Source: Squalus acanthias
Lineage: Eukaryota
Direction of reading: 5' to 3'
DNA: 64,000 nt
NCBI GenBank assembly: GCA_030390025.1
Contig: CM059425.1
Coordinates: 175,586,001 to 175,650,000 of the forward strand
The translations under genes and the position numbers were made by a program. Below are positions 37,373 through 48,779 of the stretch, piece by piece. The first letter of the stretch is position 1. The number at the start of each line of letters is the position of its first letter. Under the pieces are notes generated by a model that saw only the letters and a program-made list of their open reading frames with translations, did not search any database and was not told the DNA's origin.

Positions 37373-38414
37373 CTGGAACCGGTGCAGCCTGCCTACCTGT
37401 GTCCCCTTGAAAGACGCGCACAGGAGGGGGTCTCCTGTAAGGAGGCCAGGTTAAAAGAGCAGGCCTTGCGGGAGGAGAACGCCCGCTTAATGGGGAAAAT
37501 AGACGTGCTAGAAGCGCAGTTTAGAGAGATAAAAGCAGCCTGCAGGGTAGCCAGAAGCAGGAAGTATGAGGATTTTAATCAATGCAAGCTGTATAAGCCG
37601 GGTGCACAAGGGCCAACCACAGGGGCCAAACCTGCGAGTGGGGACTCGCAGCCCCGGGTAGGGCCACAGGGCACACAGGCAGGCAAAGCAGCCTGCATCA
37701 GGGGAGAGGACATCCTAGCAAATGTAGGATCCTTTATTGGGGTTGGGAGTCAGATGAGGAAGAGTTCGAGGAGCTCGACCAAGATAGTGACACAAGCGAA
37801 GAGGAGCTGGAATCGGAGGACGAAAGGGTCGCCCCGATTCAGGTAAAGGGAAGATAGGGACTGCAGATGGAGATCCACACAGGGTGGAGGCAGAAGCTGC
37901 AGGTCCCGAACTCAGGGGGGCGGAGCTAGGGGAGGCGGAGCCAGCGGCTGTGGTGGGACCACAGGATGTGGCGATGGAAGCCTCAGAACCCAGTCCGTCC
38001 GCCTTGGAAGTCTTGCCCTCGAGGGAGGTAGGGACTGCGAGTGAAGGGCCGCCTACTGGGCCAAGTAGGGCGGTGCCAGAGGCTGCAGATACCGAGTTCA
38101 GGGAGGCGGAGTCAGGGGAGGCGGAGCCAGCGGCTGTGGTAGGACCACAGGTCACAACGGTGGAAGTCTCGAAACCCGGTCCGTCGGTCCTGGAGTTCCT
38201 GCCCCCGGTAGCCCCCTGTAGGTCAAGTCGGATGCCCCAGCCCAGGAAGGTATGGTCAAGTCCCCAGAGTGTCCCAAGGCGTAGGTTCAAGGCTAAGGCA
38301 GCCCAGGGAGAGCCCAGTCACAGCGCAGCAGCAACAATCTGCGGCAGATCAAAGGGAGGGGTCAATGCCCTCCCACCGTTGGGAGAAGCCTACGGCAGCC
38401 GCCACAGAATTTGA
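37373..38414 (+). other. ORF X region replacing pol: in frame after gag UGA; Gag-like coiled coil, acidic tract, repeats 62 aa apart (three frames)
   Basis: ORFs 37382-37846 and 37884-38414 plus an intermediate acidic frame ending at ~37858. Confidence 0.6.
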
Positions 38415-38683
38415 GTAGGCCGCCCTGGGAACGGGCGGCGCTGTACAGTTTATAAGATAAGTGATAAGTTTTAGTTTGTAAGTTTTGTAAGTTTTATAGT
38501 TTAATTTTGATAAGTAAAAGATAAATGATGGGAGTTTAGATTAGGTTTAGTTAAAAGATCTATCCAGTGCACATGTCTTCTTACGTGAGGCGAGGTCAGG
38601 GGACCCGCTCACCCTTCACAAAAGCCAGAGACTCTTGGGAGGCTGGCTACCTCATGTTATCTGATCACAGGAACCAAGGAAGG

Positions 38684-40956
38684 ATGGAACGGATTCTGGT
38701 AGTGCTCGCGGCATTTGGATGTGGATTGGCCTATCGAGGCCGCACCAAGGATGTCGTGGTGTTTGGATGTTCCGGGGACATGGCCCCCATCGCGGTAGAT
38801 GGGACCGGGAGGCGAGAGGCTGAGGAGACCGCCACTTATTTCCACAAAGGAAGGTGGCCAGGATGTCTGGGAACGAATTCAACTGAATATTCCAGTACAT
38901 CGGGATTTGCCTATAAAGAGACTTCTTTGATGTGCCCCAAAGTGAGGATCATCGCACCCAGAGTCAGCGTCACCGTCGGCAAACGGATTTGTTTGACTTG
39001 TAATGGGAATGTCCCATTGAGCCGATGGTGGTGGCTACGGAAATTGAACAAGAATATGAGAAATTCTTCGGTTGAGTGGGAGCGATTGGGTAATAATACC
39101 CATCGGACAATTACGGGGACTAATGGACAATTGAAAGTCTGTTGGGACAAATGGTGGGAACCGGATGAGGGAATTTATGTTTGTATGTGGGGATCGAAGC
39201 ACGTTTGCCCCAAGGGTATATCCATATTTTTCGTACACCAGTGGCAGGATAACGGGAAAGGGATGAGGTGGGATGTCAGCACCAGGGGGTGCGGAGCTCC
39301 ATACTCCCCGATCCCGGTAAACGCCACTGAACTCATCACGCGCCCACGCAAGGCCCCGCCCACGATTCCGGTGGTTTTGGCTCAGGAGGAAGGGTGCCCT
39401 AAAACCACTAAGGGGCCCGGGAATGGTTTGGTACTGGTCCCAACAGACCAGATACTATTTCAGGGGGTACATTACGCGGTGGCCTCGGTGATTTTAAATC
39501 TCACCGAGGTGCGGTTGCCAGAGTGGTGCCCCAAAGAGACGGAACAATTGTACCAGGTCCTGTTGACAAATATGTTTAGACAATTCTACGAGTTTGATTT
39601 TGCAGAAATTGACAAGACAAGCTTGTACACCACACCACACGAAGTTTTGGGTCAGGTGGGGAGACAAAGAAGGGGCATTGTGAACGATATGTTCACCGCC
39701 TTTAATACAGGAACATCTGTGGTCAACGCTCTAGACAACGTGGAGCTGCAGACCCAGATCAATGGTTTAAAAACACAATTAAAAAGCATCCTCACAAGCG
39801 AAAACAAGATAGTAGGGTCTGAGTTACATGAGGACCAGGCCATGACGCTACACTTAAAAGAAATTATAGCAGAGCTGGAGAAGCATGCGAGAACGGTAAA
39901 TGCCCTGATTAGGGAAGATCGGAATGCATCCGATCAAGCTGCGCAGAACGAGGTGTGCGTACTAACAAACACCTGCAGGCGCTCCACCCTTTTCAGAACG
40001 CATTAAGCCCGTGCCAGCTCAGGCTAGCCTCAGAGGCATACCCAGTCCCCGTGGACTGCGGACGGTCAAACCATACCATCATGGGTATAGTATTACGTAT
40101 GCCGGTTTTGGGCGACACAGCAAAGCCCGCCCCGGTGTATTGGGTAGAGAACATTGGTGTCATTCAGGGGGGAGCCCACATTCGCTACGCAGCGATCCCA
40201 CCTTCCGTCATCCGTTGGGAGCAAACGATGACAGGTACCGATCTCTCGGGTTGTCGTGGCCGGGGAGCACACATAATCCTGTGTCCCCAGCACTTGAATG
40301 CCTTTTTAGCACCACAATGCGGGTTCAGAATGGCTGGCGCGAAGCCCATGAATTGCACCATGGAAGCAATGACACAAGATCATGTGCCTCCGCAGGTGGC
40401 ATACATAGGGGGTGGAACATATTGCGTTACCACTGCAGCGCAACACTACCAGCATGGACAGCACAGCTGGTGTCCGGTGAGTGACAGCAGTTTCTGTTTT
40501 AAACCCAGGGCTGAAGTTCAAGTGGCACAGCAGCGAATTGTCCCGATCCCTGAACCATCCACTGTTCATCTAACAGTAAAAGAGAATTTTACCGACTTGC
40601 AGCGATTCGTCGCGCATTTCGGATACATCATTCCCCCTCTCCCTGAACACCTCACCAAGCTTTTGAAAGCTGTCGCAGTATCGCAAAAACATTTTTACAC
40701 CCTAGAACAAAAGACTGTCGAGATAGGGACAAAGATCCTAGACATAGTAATCCCACCGTGGTGGGACCTGTTCACCAATATTGAAGTGCCTTCATGGATC
40801 AGAATAGCCTCCCACATTTTAGTTGTGTGCCAAGTAATAATTGTAGTGTACCTATTGGTCGTGCACTGCAAGAGAGGCAAGCGCCTCACAAAGCAGGAGA
40901 ACACAGGAGAGTGGAGAGAACGTTACGTGCGCGTGCACGAGGAAAGCGCCGCGTAA
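38684..40956 (+). pseudogene. env: Env-like glycoprotein: signal peptide, Ig-like domain, furin site, F-like class I fusion region, TM; frameshift near 39960
   Basis: MERILVVLAAFGCGLA signal; C..WWW..DEGIYVC; RQRR/G at 39662-39673; heptad; Cys-rich DLSGC..ILCP..QC..NC..GGGTYC; TM IASHILVVCQVIIVVYLLVV; candidate splice acceptor at 38670. Confidence 0.85.
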
Positions 40957-41377
40957 ACGGCCAGGATGACGCCGCTCCATTTTACCATGTGTGTTTTTGT
41001 AATTGATTGTTAGTTATGAAGATATGTAACCAAGTTTGGAACTTTGTAGTTTAAAAGAGTTTTTTGATTATTTTTAACTTTTGTATTGTTAAAATAGTTG
41101 TTTGATTAGTTTTTTTCTTGTATAATAAAATACATATACAGGTGGTGCGAGAGGCATCGGCCTGTTGCACCTGGAAGACGTATACGCGATGTAAGTTTAA
41201 AAGGCAATACTGCCTGCGGTTTTGTCCAAGTTAGATAATGTAATTTTCCCTGGGAAATGAGGACGGCATGGAGACCCTAGATAGTTTAAGTTAAGGGAGT
41301 GTTTTGGATGTGGAGAATCGGGATAATTTTGCTCACCACCACATTTAATTGATACGATAAGCGGAGTTATTCGCATC

Positions 41378-41389
41378 AACAGGAGGGAC
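41378..41389 (+). promoter_or_regulatory. Polypurine tract of element B
   Basis: AACAGGAGGGAC immediately before TGTAA of the 3' LTR. Confidence 0.7.
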
Positions 41390-43056
41390 TGTAAAATTCG
41401 CAATTATCGCAATTCGAAATAACGAGATAAAGCAGATTCGTTTCATCAGTTTTATATCAACGAAATGCTGTCATGGTTAAACAGGACACAGAAGCCTGTA
41501 AAATGGCCGCTGCGCCTCGTGGCAGAGGGTTCTAGACTTTCAGCAGGCAGACAAGATGGCGTTTCAATAAACATTTCAGCAAGATCGGACAGGACTCAGC
41601 ATATTGAGATAAGACAAGACGAGATCGTTTTGCATTTTAACACCCAGGCAAGGAATATAAGTGCTGGAATCGGGTTTTTCCATGCACAAATGAGAGCTAT
41701 TGTACTGGGCAATCAAGGGGCCCATCCAAAGACATTGATACGCAAATTCCCCACGGCTCTACGATGAGAGAGCCGTTCGCAGGTACTCACAGCAAGAATT
41801 CGGAGGCCCCCAAAACCCCTCCAGGGAGACTCCTAGCCGGTTCCACAAGGGGAGAAATATTAACGGGTACTCAGACAGTTACAAGTATCACCGAAACCCA
41901 TTAACAACAAGTACCACCCCATACAAGAAGTTTGAGCGCCAAAACATGACAAAAGATGGACATTAAGATTGGGCGGGAGATAAGGAATTACAGTACTATA
42001 ACTGTAGTGTCCAAACATCCATCTTTCTCTTATTCCTTTGACTCGCTAGAGAACTCTTGACTCTTATTCTCTGATCCGCTGATTTTCCGGGAGTCAACCT
42101 CGTGGCTTGCCGCGAAGATCTGTGGAGAGCTGGTCTGCGAAGGCCTGTAAGCGGGCGCACCATCCCGAGAAGTCGGTAAGCGGTGTTGGAACCGAAGACC
42201 CGAGAGGAGATGAGATGAGATGAGAAGAGAAGAAGACGACTACACGTGCCGCCGCGGTCCGTAAACCCCGACCGCGCCCGAAAATCGATTAACCACTTCT
42301 TCGAATTCTATCGGCTACTCCACAACTGGCCCTGGAAGACTTTTCTTCGAGTTCTACCGACAACTGGTGTCGGTCCAGAAAGACTCTTCTTTGAATTTTA
42401 CCGGCTAACCGGTGTCGGGCACAGGAAGACTCTTCTTTGAGTTTTATCAGAGTTCCGAGGTCAACACATATCTTCATGACAGCAGACGGTCCAGCCTGCT
42501 AGCCGGAGCAAAGCGAGTAAACAAGTGGGGTACAGAGACCCCTGATCAACACGTGAATAGTCAGGTGCTGTGGTGAAAACATCCGAGCAGCGTTTCGGAA
42601 TTCTCCGAGTTATCACGAGTGGTGAGCATGAGTCTCGATCCTACAGATCTAGATTAGGACAGGTATTGATAGGGGAGGGTTTTTGTTTTAAGGATAATTA
42701 TAATGTGTGTCCCCTTTTACGATGTGTCGTGCGCTCCTCGTTTCCCTAACCCTAGTTGCATAAATGTATGTAAGTTTGTACTGTCATTAATCTGTGCTTA
42801 TGACATGTATTTCGTAATCTTGAATAATATGCAATAAAGATTTTCCATTTCGCACTATTCAACCGGGTCTACCTGAGTTCTTCTCTGCATTATTGCTCTC
42901 GCACCTAAGTCCAGTGTCAGAACCGTAAGGGCGAGTGGGTCGAACCACTCACAGGTGTCTAGTGCTACCAGGCTGGCTGGAGACCAGAACAGGCAACAAG
43001 GCCTAACCCCGCACTAGCACCCAGGCTAAGCACAGAGCCAGGCGAAACCCCTTACA
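41390..43056 (+). repeat. 3' LTR of element B (1667 bp)
   Basis: TGTAA..TTACA termini; ATTGG/GGGCGG/TATAA at 41968-42001; AATAAA at 42833. Confidence 0.9.
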
Positions 43057-44800
43057 AGGCGCAGCTAGATCTGGAGCACAAGTCTTCAACATGACAGCTT
43101 GGATGTTGTCGGTGCCCATAGCCTTTGCTGTATCCAGTGCGCTCAGCTGTTTCTTGATATCACGTAGATTGAATCGAATTGGCTGAAGACTGGCTTCTGT
43201 GATGGTGGGGACCAATATGGATCATCCACTTGGCACTTCTGGCTGAAGATTGTTGCAAACGCTTCAGCCTTGTCTTTTGCACTCGCGTGCTGGGCTCCGC
43301 CATCATTGAGGATGGGGATATTCATGGAGCTTCCTCCTCCTATTAGTTGTTTAACTGTCCACCACCATTCACGACTGGATATGGCAGGACTGCAGAGCTT
43401 TGATCTGATCTGCTGATTGTGGGATCGCTTAGCTCTGTCTACAGCTTGCTGCTTAGCATGCATGTAATCCTGTATTGCAGCTTCCCCAGGTTGGCACCTC
43501 ATTTTTAGGTACGCCTGGTGTTGCTCCTGGCATGCTCTTCTACACTCCTCATTGAACCAGGGTTGGTCCCCTGGCTTGGTGGTAATGGTAGAGTGAGGGA
43601 TATGCTGGGCCATGAGGTTACAGATTGTGGTGGAATACAGTTCTGCTGCTGCTGATGGCCCACAGCGCCTCATGGATGCCCAGTTTTGAGCTGCTAGATC
43701 TGTTCTGAATCTATCCCATTTAGCACAGTGGTAGTGCTACACAACACGATGGAGGGTGTCCTCAGTGTGAAGACGGGACTTCATCTCCACAATGACTGTG
43801 CAGTGGTCACTCCTACCAATGCTGTCATGGACAGATGCATCTGCAACAGGGAGATTGGTGAGGACGAGGTCAAGTAGGTTTATCCCTCGTGTTGGTTCTC
43901 TCATCACCTGCCGTAGGTCCATTCTGCCAACTATTTCCTTCAGGTCTCAGCTAGCTGTGGTGCTATCGAGCCACTCTTCATGATGGACATTGATGATCCC
44001 CCCCCCACCCAGAGTACATTCTGTGCCCTTGCTACCCTCAGTGCTTCTTCCAAGTGGTGTTCAACATGGCAGTGTACTGATTCATCAGCTGAGGGAGGGC
44101 GGTCGGTGGTAATCAGCAGGAGGTTTCCTTGCCCATGCTTGACCTGAAGCCATGAGACTTCATTTGGTCCAGAGTCAATGTTGAGGACTCCCAGGGCCAC
44201 TGCTTCCCGACTGTATACCACTGTGCCGCCACCCCTGGTGGGTCTGTCCTGCCGGTGGGATGGTGATGGAGGAGTCTGAGACATTGGCTGAATGGTATGA
44301 TTCTGTCAGGCTGTTGCTTGACTAGTCTGTGGGGCAGCTCTCCCAATTTTGGCACAATTCCCCAGATGTTAGTGAGGAGGAATTTACAGGGTCGACTGGG
44401 CTGGGTGTGGCGTTGTCGTGTCCGAAGCCGGTGCCGAGGTCGATGCCGGGTGGTTCACCCGGTTTAATTCTTATTATTGTTTCTTGTAGAGGTTTGTTAC
44501 AACTGAGTGTCTTGCTAGGGCATTTCAGAGGGCAGTTAAGAGTCAACCACATTGCTGTGGGTCTGGAGCCACATATAGGCCAGACCAAGTAAGGATGGCA
44601 GATTTCCTTCCCTAAAGGGCAATCCGATAGTTTTATGGGCACCATTACTGATACTAACTTTTTATTCCAGATTTATTTAATTAACTGAATTTAAATTCCC
44701 CAGCTACCATCGTGGGATTTGAGCTCCTATCTCTGGATTACTAGTCCTGGCCTCTGGATTACTAGTCCAGTAACAGAACCACTATGCTATTGCTCCCAGT
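43057..44800 (-). mobile_element. CR1-type family B LINE, 5' half (AP endonuclease) with tRNA-like 5' head
   Basis: HRQDRPTRGGGTVVY, PTRGINLLDLVLTN, SDH; resumes the LINE interrupted at 30042. Confidence 0.9.
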
Positions 44801-46499
44801 GACCCACCCACAGCAGCAAGCCTTGAAGGCTCAAAACACGCAAGAGACTGCTGGAAAATTAGTGCCAGACCAGCTTCCAGCTTTCCCTGATGGCAGCTAA
44901 GGATCCATTTAAATAGCTCCCGACCTGTACCTCCCTTGGTTTGTGGGTGGTTTGAGGAAGTAATTGTAGTAATGTGGCTTGAACCAAAAATGGCATTCCA
45001 CCCCTATCCACATACATTAATGAGGCTCCCGCCTGTTTCTGGTAGAGCACTGGCCGGCTAAATTGAGGATCGCTCAAAAATCGGAATGGGCGGACATCCC
45101 GCGGTAAGTTGACAGGACATTTTACTCTGATTTTAGTCCCTCTACCGCCTTGCTTTCAGGCGTAAACGGGGTGATAGCAAGACGAAAATAAACTTCACTG
45201 TGTTATAATGATTGTCCAAGATTACAATAACCTTAGTACAACTATTGTCTTGCAACTAATATCAATGTGTTTAGCCCATCATGGCCCTGACCTAATGACC
45301 TCTTTGACTGCTCACAACATCACTGACTCCTGAGTCCAGCTTGCCACTCTCCCAACCAATACAGACCTGCTTCCATTCCAGTATTCCCGCTTCACTCCTG
45401 GTCACTACCTGCGAGTAATGCCACAGAACTTACAAATTATGAGCTTAATTACATGAAACAAAATGTAAGGGTAGATTTTTATGACCCTGGAGAATGCCCA
45501 TTTTCCTAGGCAAAAAGATCAGGGAAAAGGAGTGCATAGCTGTTTTGCCAGGTCTCCGCCGCTTTTACATAGCAGAGCTGGGCCTGCATCTGCAGTAGGT
45601 ACTGGCCCATCACAGCTATGTTAAAACGATGCGAGAGGGTATTCTCAATCTCCTGCCTCGTTTTCCTGGGATATTGTTGTCTGCACACGTCAGTAAGGTG
45701 GCGGGGGGGCACAATGATACACGGTGCTTTGGACTGCCCTCAGACACCATCCGCTTGGAAGGCTGGTGGTGCTGATCTTTATCAGCAGCCAGAAAACCCT
45801 AATCTCAGGGTTGAGGCATCTTAAGCTGTGCTTTAATTTCCTGTCCCTTCTGCGGCTGCTAGGCCCTGTCAGAAGTGGGGCCTGTGCTGGGGATACCCCT
45901 CGGCCACGTTTAGGACCCAGGACAAGAATTCGTGGCACTCTTGGGCCAGCATACCAGCAGCACACTTTGGGTTAGCTGATCCTGTCCAGCAGCAGGGCAA
46001 CGGGATCCAGGTAAAGCTGCCATATGGAACCCTTATATACAGAGTATGGATGGAGGGAAATAATGTTTTTGGAATACCTGTTTATGCTAATATATTATTC
46101 ATATTTCTCAGGAGTAAAGATCTACAAGTCCTATTATGGAAATTTTCAAATAAGTGCAAGTGGTAGAAATCTGAAATTAAAAAAAGCAGAAAATTGATGA
46201 CAGCTTTCTGAAAGGAAAAGATTGGTCGAAATGTTAAATGTAGGCTTTCATCAGAATTGCGATTAAGGGTCCCGTGTGAAATGGTTGACCTATTTTTCTT
46301 TTTCAGATGATGACTGAACCGACCTGCTATGCAGTTCCAGCATTTTCAACTTTTATTACAAATTTTATAGCTCCGTAGGATACCTTCTTTCACTCCCAAT
46401 AGAACTGAGTTGCAGTAATTACCTTATTTATCATTAATAGTTCCCCCAGCTTTCCTGGAGTTAGTTTTAACAAATGCTAAAATCCTATCACCGCACAAG

Positions 46500-47392
46500 G
46501 GGGGAGAAATTCAGTATCGCCCTGTTTGGGGCGCAATTATCGGCCGGGCGCAAAGATTAGCGCCTGGCGCTAATTATCGCCACCGACTGCAAACTTGACT
46601 TTTATCGCCCCTGGAGGTGATTGGAGCGCTAAATCAGGCGCTTCACACCTGTCTTAAGGCGCAAAGGCCGAGGAGCGAGGCGCTACCTCAGAGCGCTGGC
46701 GAAGCTCATGTAATGTCAGTCAGCAATGGAACACACACACAATGGCCCCGGCCAGTTCTTAAAGGGGATGGTTGATCTTGCTTTCCATCCACATCCTGCT
46801 CATTGCAGCCTTGAATCTCGGCCTGGAGAGACCTGCACATCAAATCTGCTGGAAAGAACAATGGAGAGTACCAGGCAAAGAGCTCAGAGTGCAGCCCCCA
46901 CAGTCTCTTCTAAATCGATACAAGGAATGGCAAATCAAAATGAACCTGCAAAGTGCTGCTCAGTACCCAAAACTCCTTCACACAACGTTGAATCTCTCCA
47001 GAAGTCTCTCCCTCTCTCTCTCAGAATGCATAGTTCAAAAATGGCACCAACAATAAAAGGCAGGAAGCGGTCACCTTTAAATAGCGCTCCCCCTTTCCCT
47101 TCATGACTGCAGAACGCTCCCCTCAACCTGTCGTTGCTAGCGTCAGGCGGTAAGGCAGGGGGCGCCACTCAATATCCGCTCCGGGGCGATACCGGGGCGT
47201 TGCGCACTCGACTGACGTCACGATCTGCTGGTGCAGGAGATCGTGGCGGTAGTGTTTAGCGCCACCGCAAAATGTCTCGTTAATTTCGTGAGCAGCGCAA
47301 ACTTCGCCGCGCCTGGGCGCTAGATGCTTTGCGCCCCATTAGCGCCCTCTTAAGGCGCTAACGGGAGGCGCAACCAACTGAATTTTTCCCCC
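46500..47392. mobile_element. Non-autonomous Harbinger (deletion-type relative of 30458-34576)
   Basis: Both ends align with the autonomous element (GGGGGAGAAATT / AATTTTTCCCCC, ATTAGCGCCTGGCGCTAAT, cgctaacgggaggcgcaacca); no ORFs of note. Confidence 0.9.
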
Positions 47393-48779
47393 CAGGTTCT
47401 GTGAGTTCCAGATACCCTTGGTAAAGCTTCACTGTAAAGTGCAGACTGCAGAAGATTCTCCTGTTGATTTTCTTGTACCACCCACGCAGCAGGAGGGAGA
47501 AAAGAGGTGAAGTGACAATGGAATTCTGAGTCAGCAAACAATATTCATATTCCAAAGCAAGACACTCGATGAGTTCCACATGACTAGAATTAATATTCAC
47601 ATTATAGATTCACAGTTTCACATTTAAGATGGATTCAAGCTTCAAACATAACTCGCAAAACCCCTACTGCAGCAAAAAACTGCTGATGATTCTCATCCAC
47701 CCACACATGTAGCATTGCCATGAGCTACAGTCTTGCATTGCACAGGTTTTTAGGGAAAAGCTCTCTATGGATCATTCCTTTTTTCCTTCATCAATTTCAA
47801 ATGGCCTTATTTAATTCAAAAACTCAATGGTTCATTTTAATTTGGTCCTGTGACTAAAATGCCAAAGGTGACATGCATCACCAAAGTGCATAAGAGAAAG
47901 CTTTGTACCTATCTCATATTTTAGGTAATGTTTAATATCCTATCAGTTATAGAGCAGTGTGTCGGTCTGGTTGAGGAGGACAGGTGGATAGGATGATCAG
48001 GGAAAGGGAACTTCCTGTCCTCAGTTACATCATCTTCCCTCAAGATCACCATGGAAACAGTCTGGTTATCAAAAGTCTGAATGATGAGTGAAGGTTTTAA
48101 TGCCATCAGCCTTCTCCAATGGGTCACGTAATGTAAGTATTGTTTTAGCTTATCCTCAACATTTATTTATTCATATTTTCAACTTAAAAATATGAATGAG
48201 ATTCATGACAAGTTTACTTATGTGTACTCAAAATAAAATATTAAAAATCATGTGTTGTGAAAAATAAAAATTGTTTACATATTTTAATAAATGTTTTATT
48301 TCTGTGTCTGGAGACAAAATTTTGTATGCACTTGAGGAGATCACGCAGTTGAATTGTTCATGGTCTGGCATATTGCACTGTGGAGCAGCCTCACACCCAC
48401 AGTTCCTGACACAGTAAGCTCTCAATCTTGGCTATACCAAGAGGGGGCAGGTGCCAAATGGACATGAGTGCTGCCTCAGTGCGAGGAACTTAAAAATCAC
48501 AGAGTAAGTCACTCTGAGGTACTGCTGGTGCTTGATTAAAGAACAACATTGGCAGAAAGCCTCTTGACCAGGGTGGAGAGCTTAAAAGAGGGGAGAAAAT
48601 TAATTTAAAAGTAGAGTGAAAATATTGGAAACAAACAGCAGCACAATAAATAAAATAGGAAGTTACACAACTGTAAAACAAAAACATAATTGTAAAAATG
48701 TTTCTAGATTAGAGATAATTGTGTCAGTAATGCATTACTGACCCCCAGTACGTTGCTATTCCAACAAGGAAGGAAGCAA

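Larger units (their letters stand above)
30043..43056 (+). mobile_element. Element B: pol-less endogenous retrovirus-like element (gag, ORF X, Ig+F-like env)
   Basis: Two ~99% identical LTRs, PBS, PPT, gag with CCHC knuckle, env with signal/furin/TM; no PR, RT, RNase H or IN motifs. Confidence 0.93.

Noticed and set aside
47400..48430. Host-gene exons (also 16930-17730 and 58736-59120)
   Set aside because: Short ORFs with no recognisable protein family or consistent splice chain; cannot be excluded without homology or RNA data
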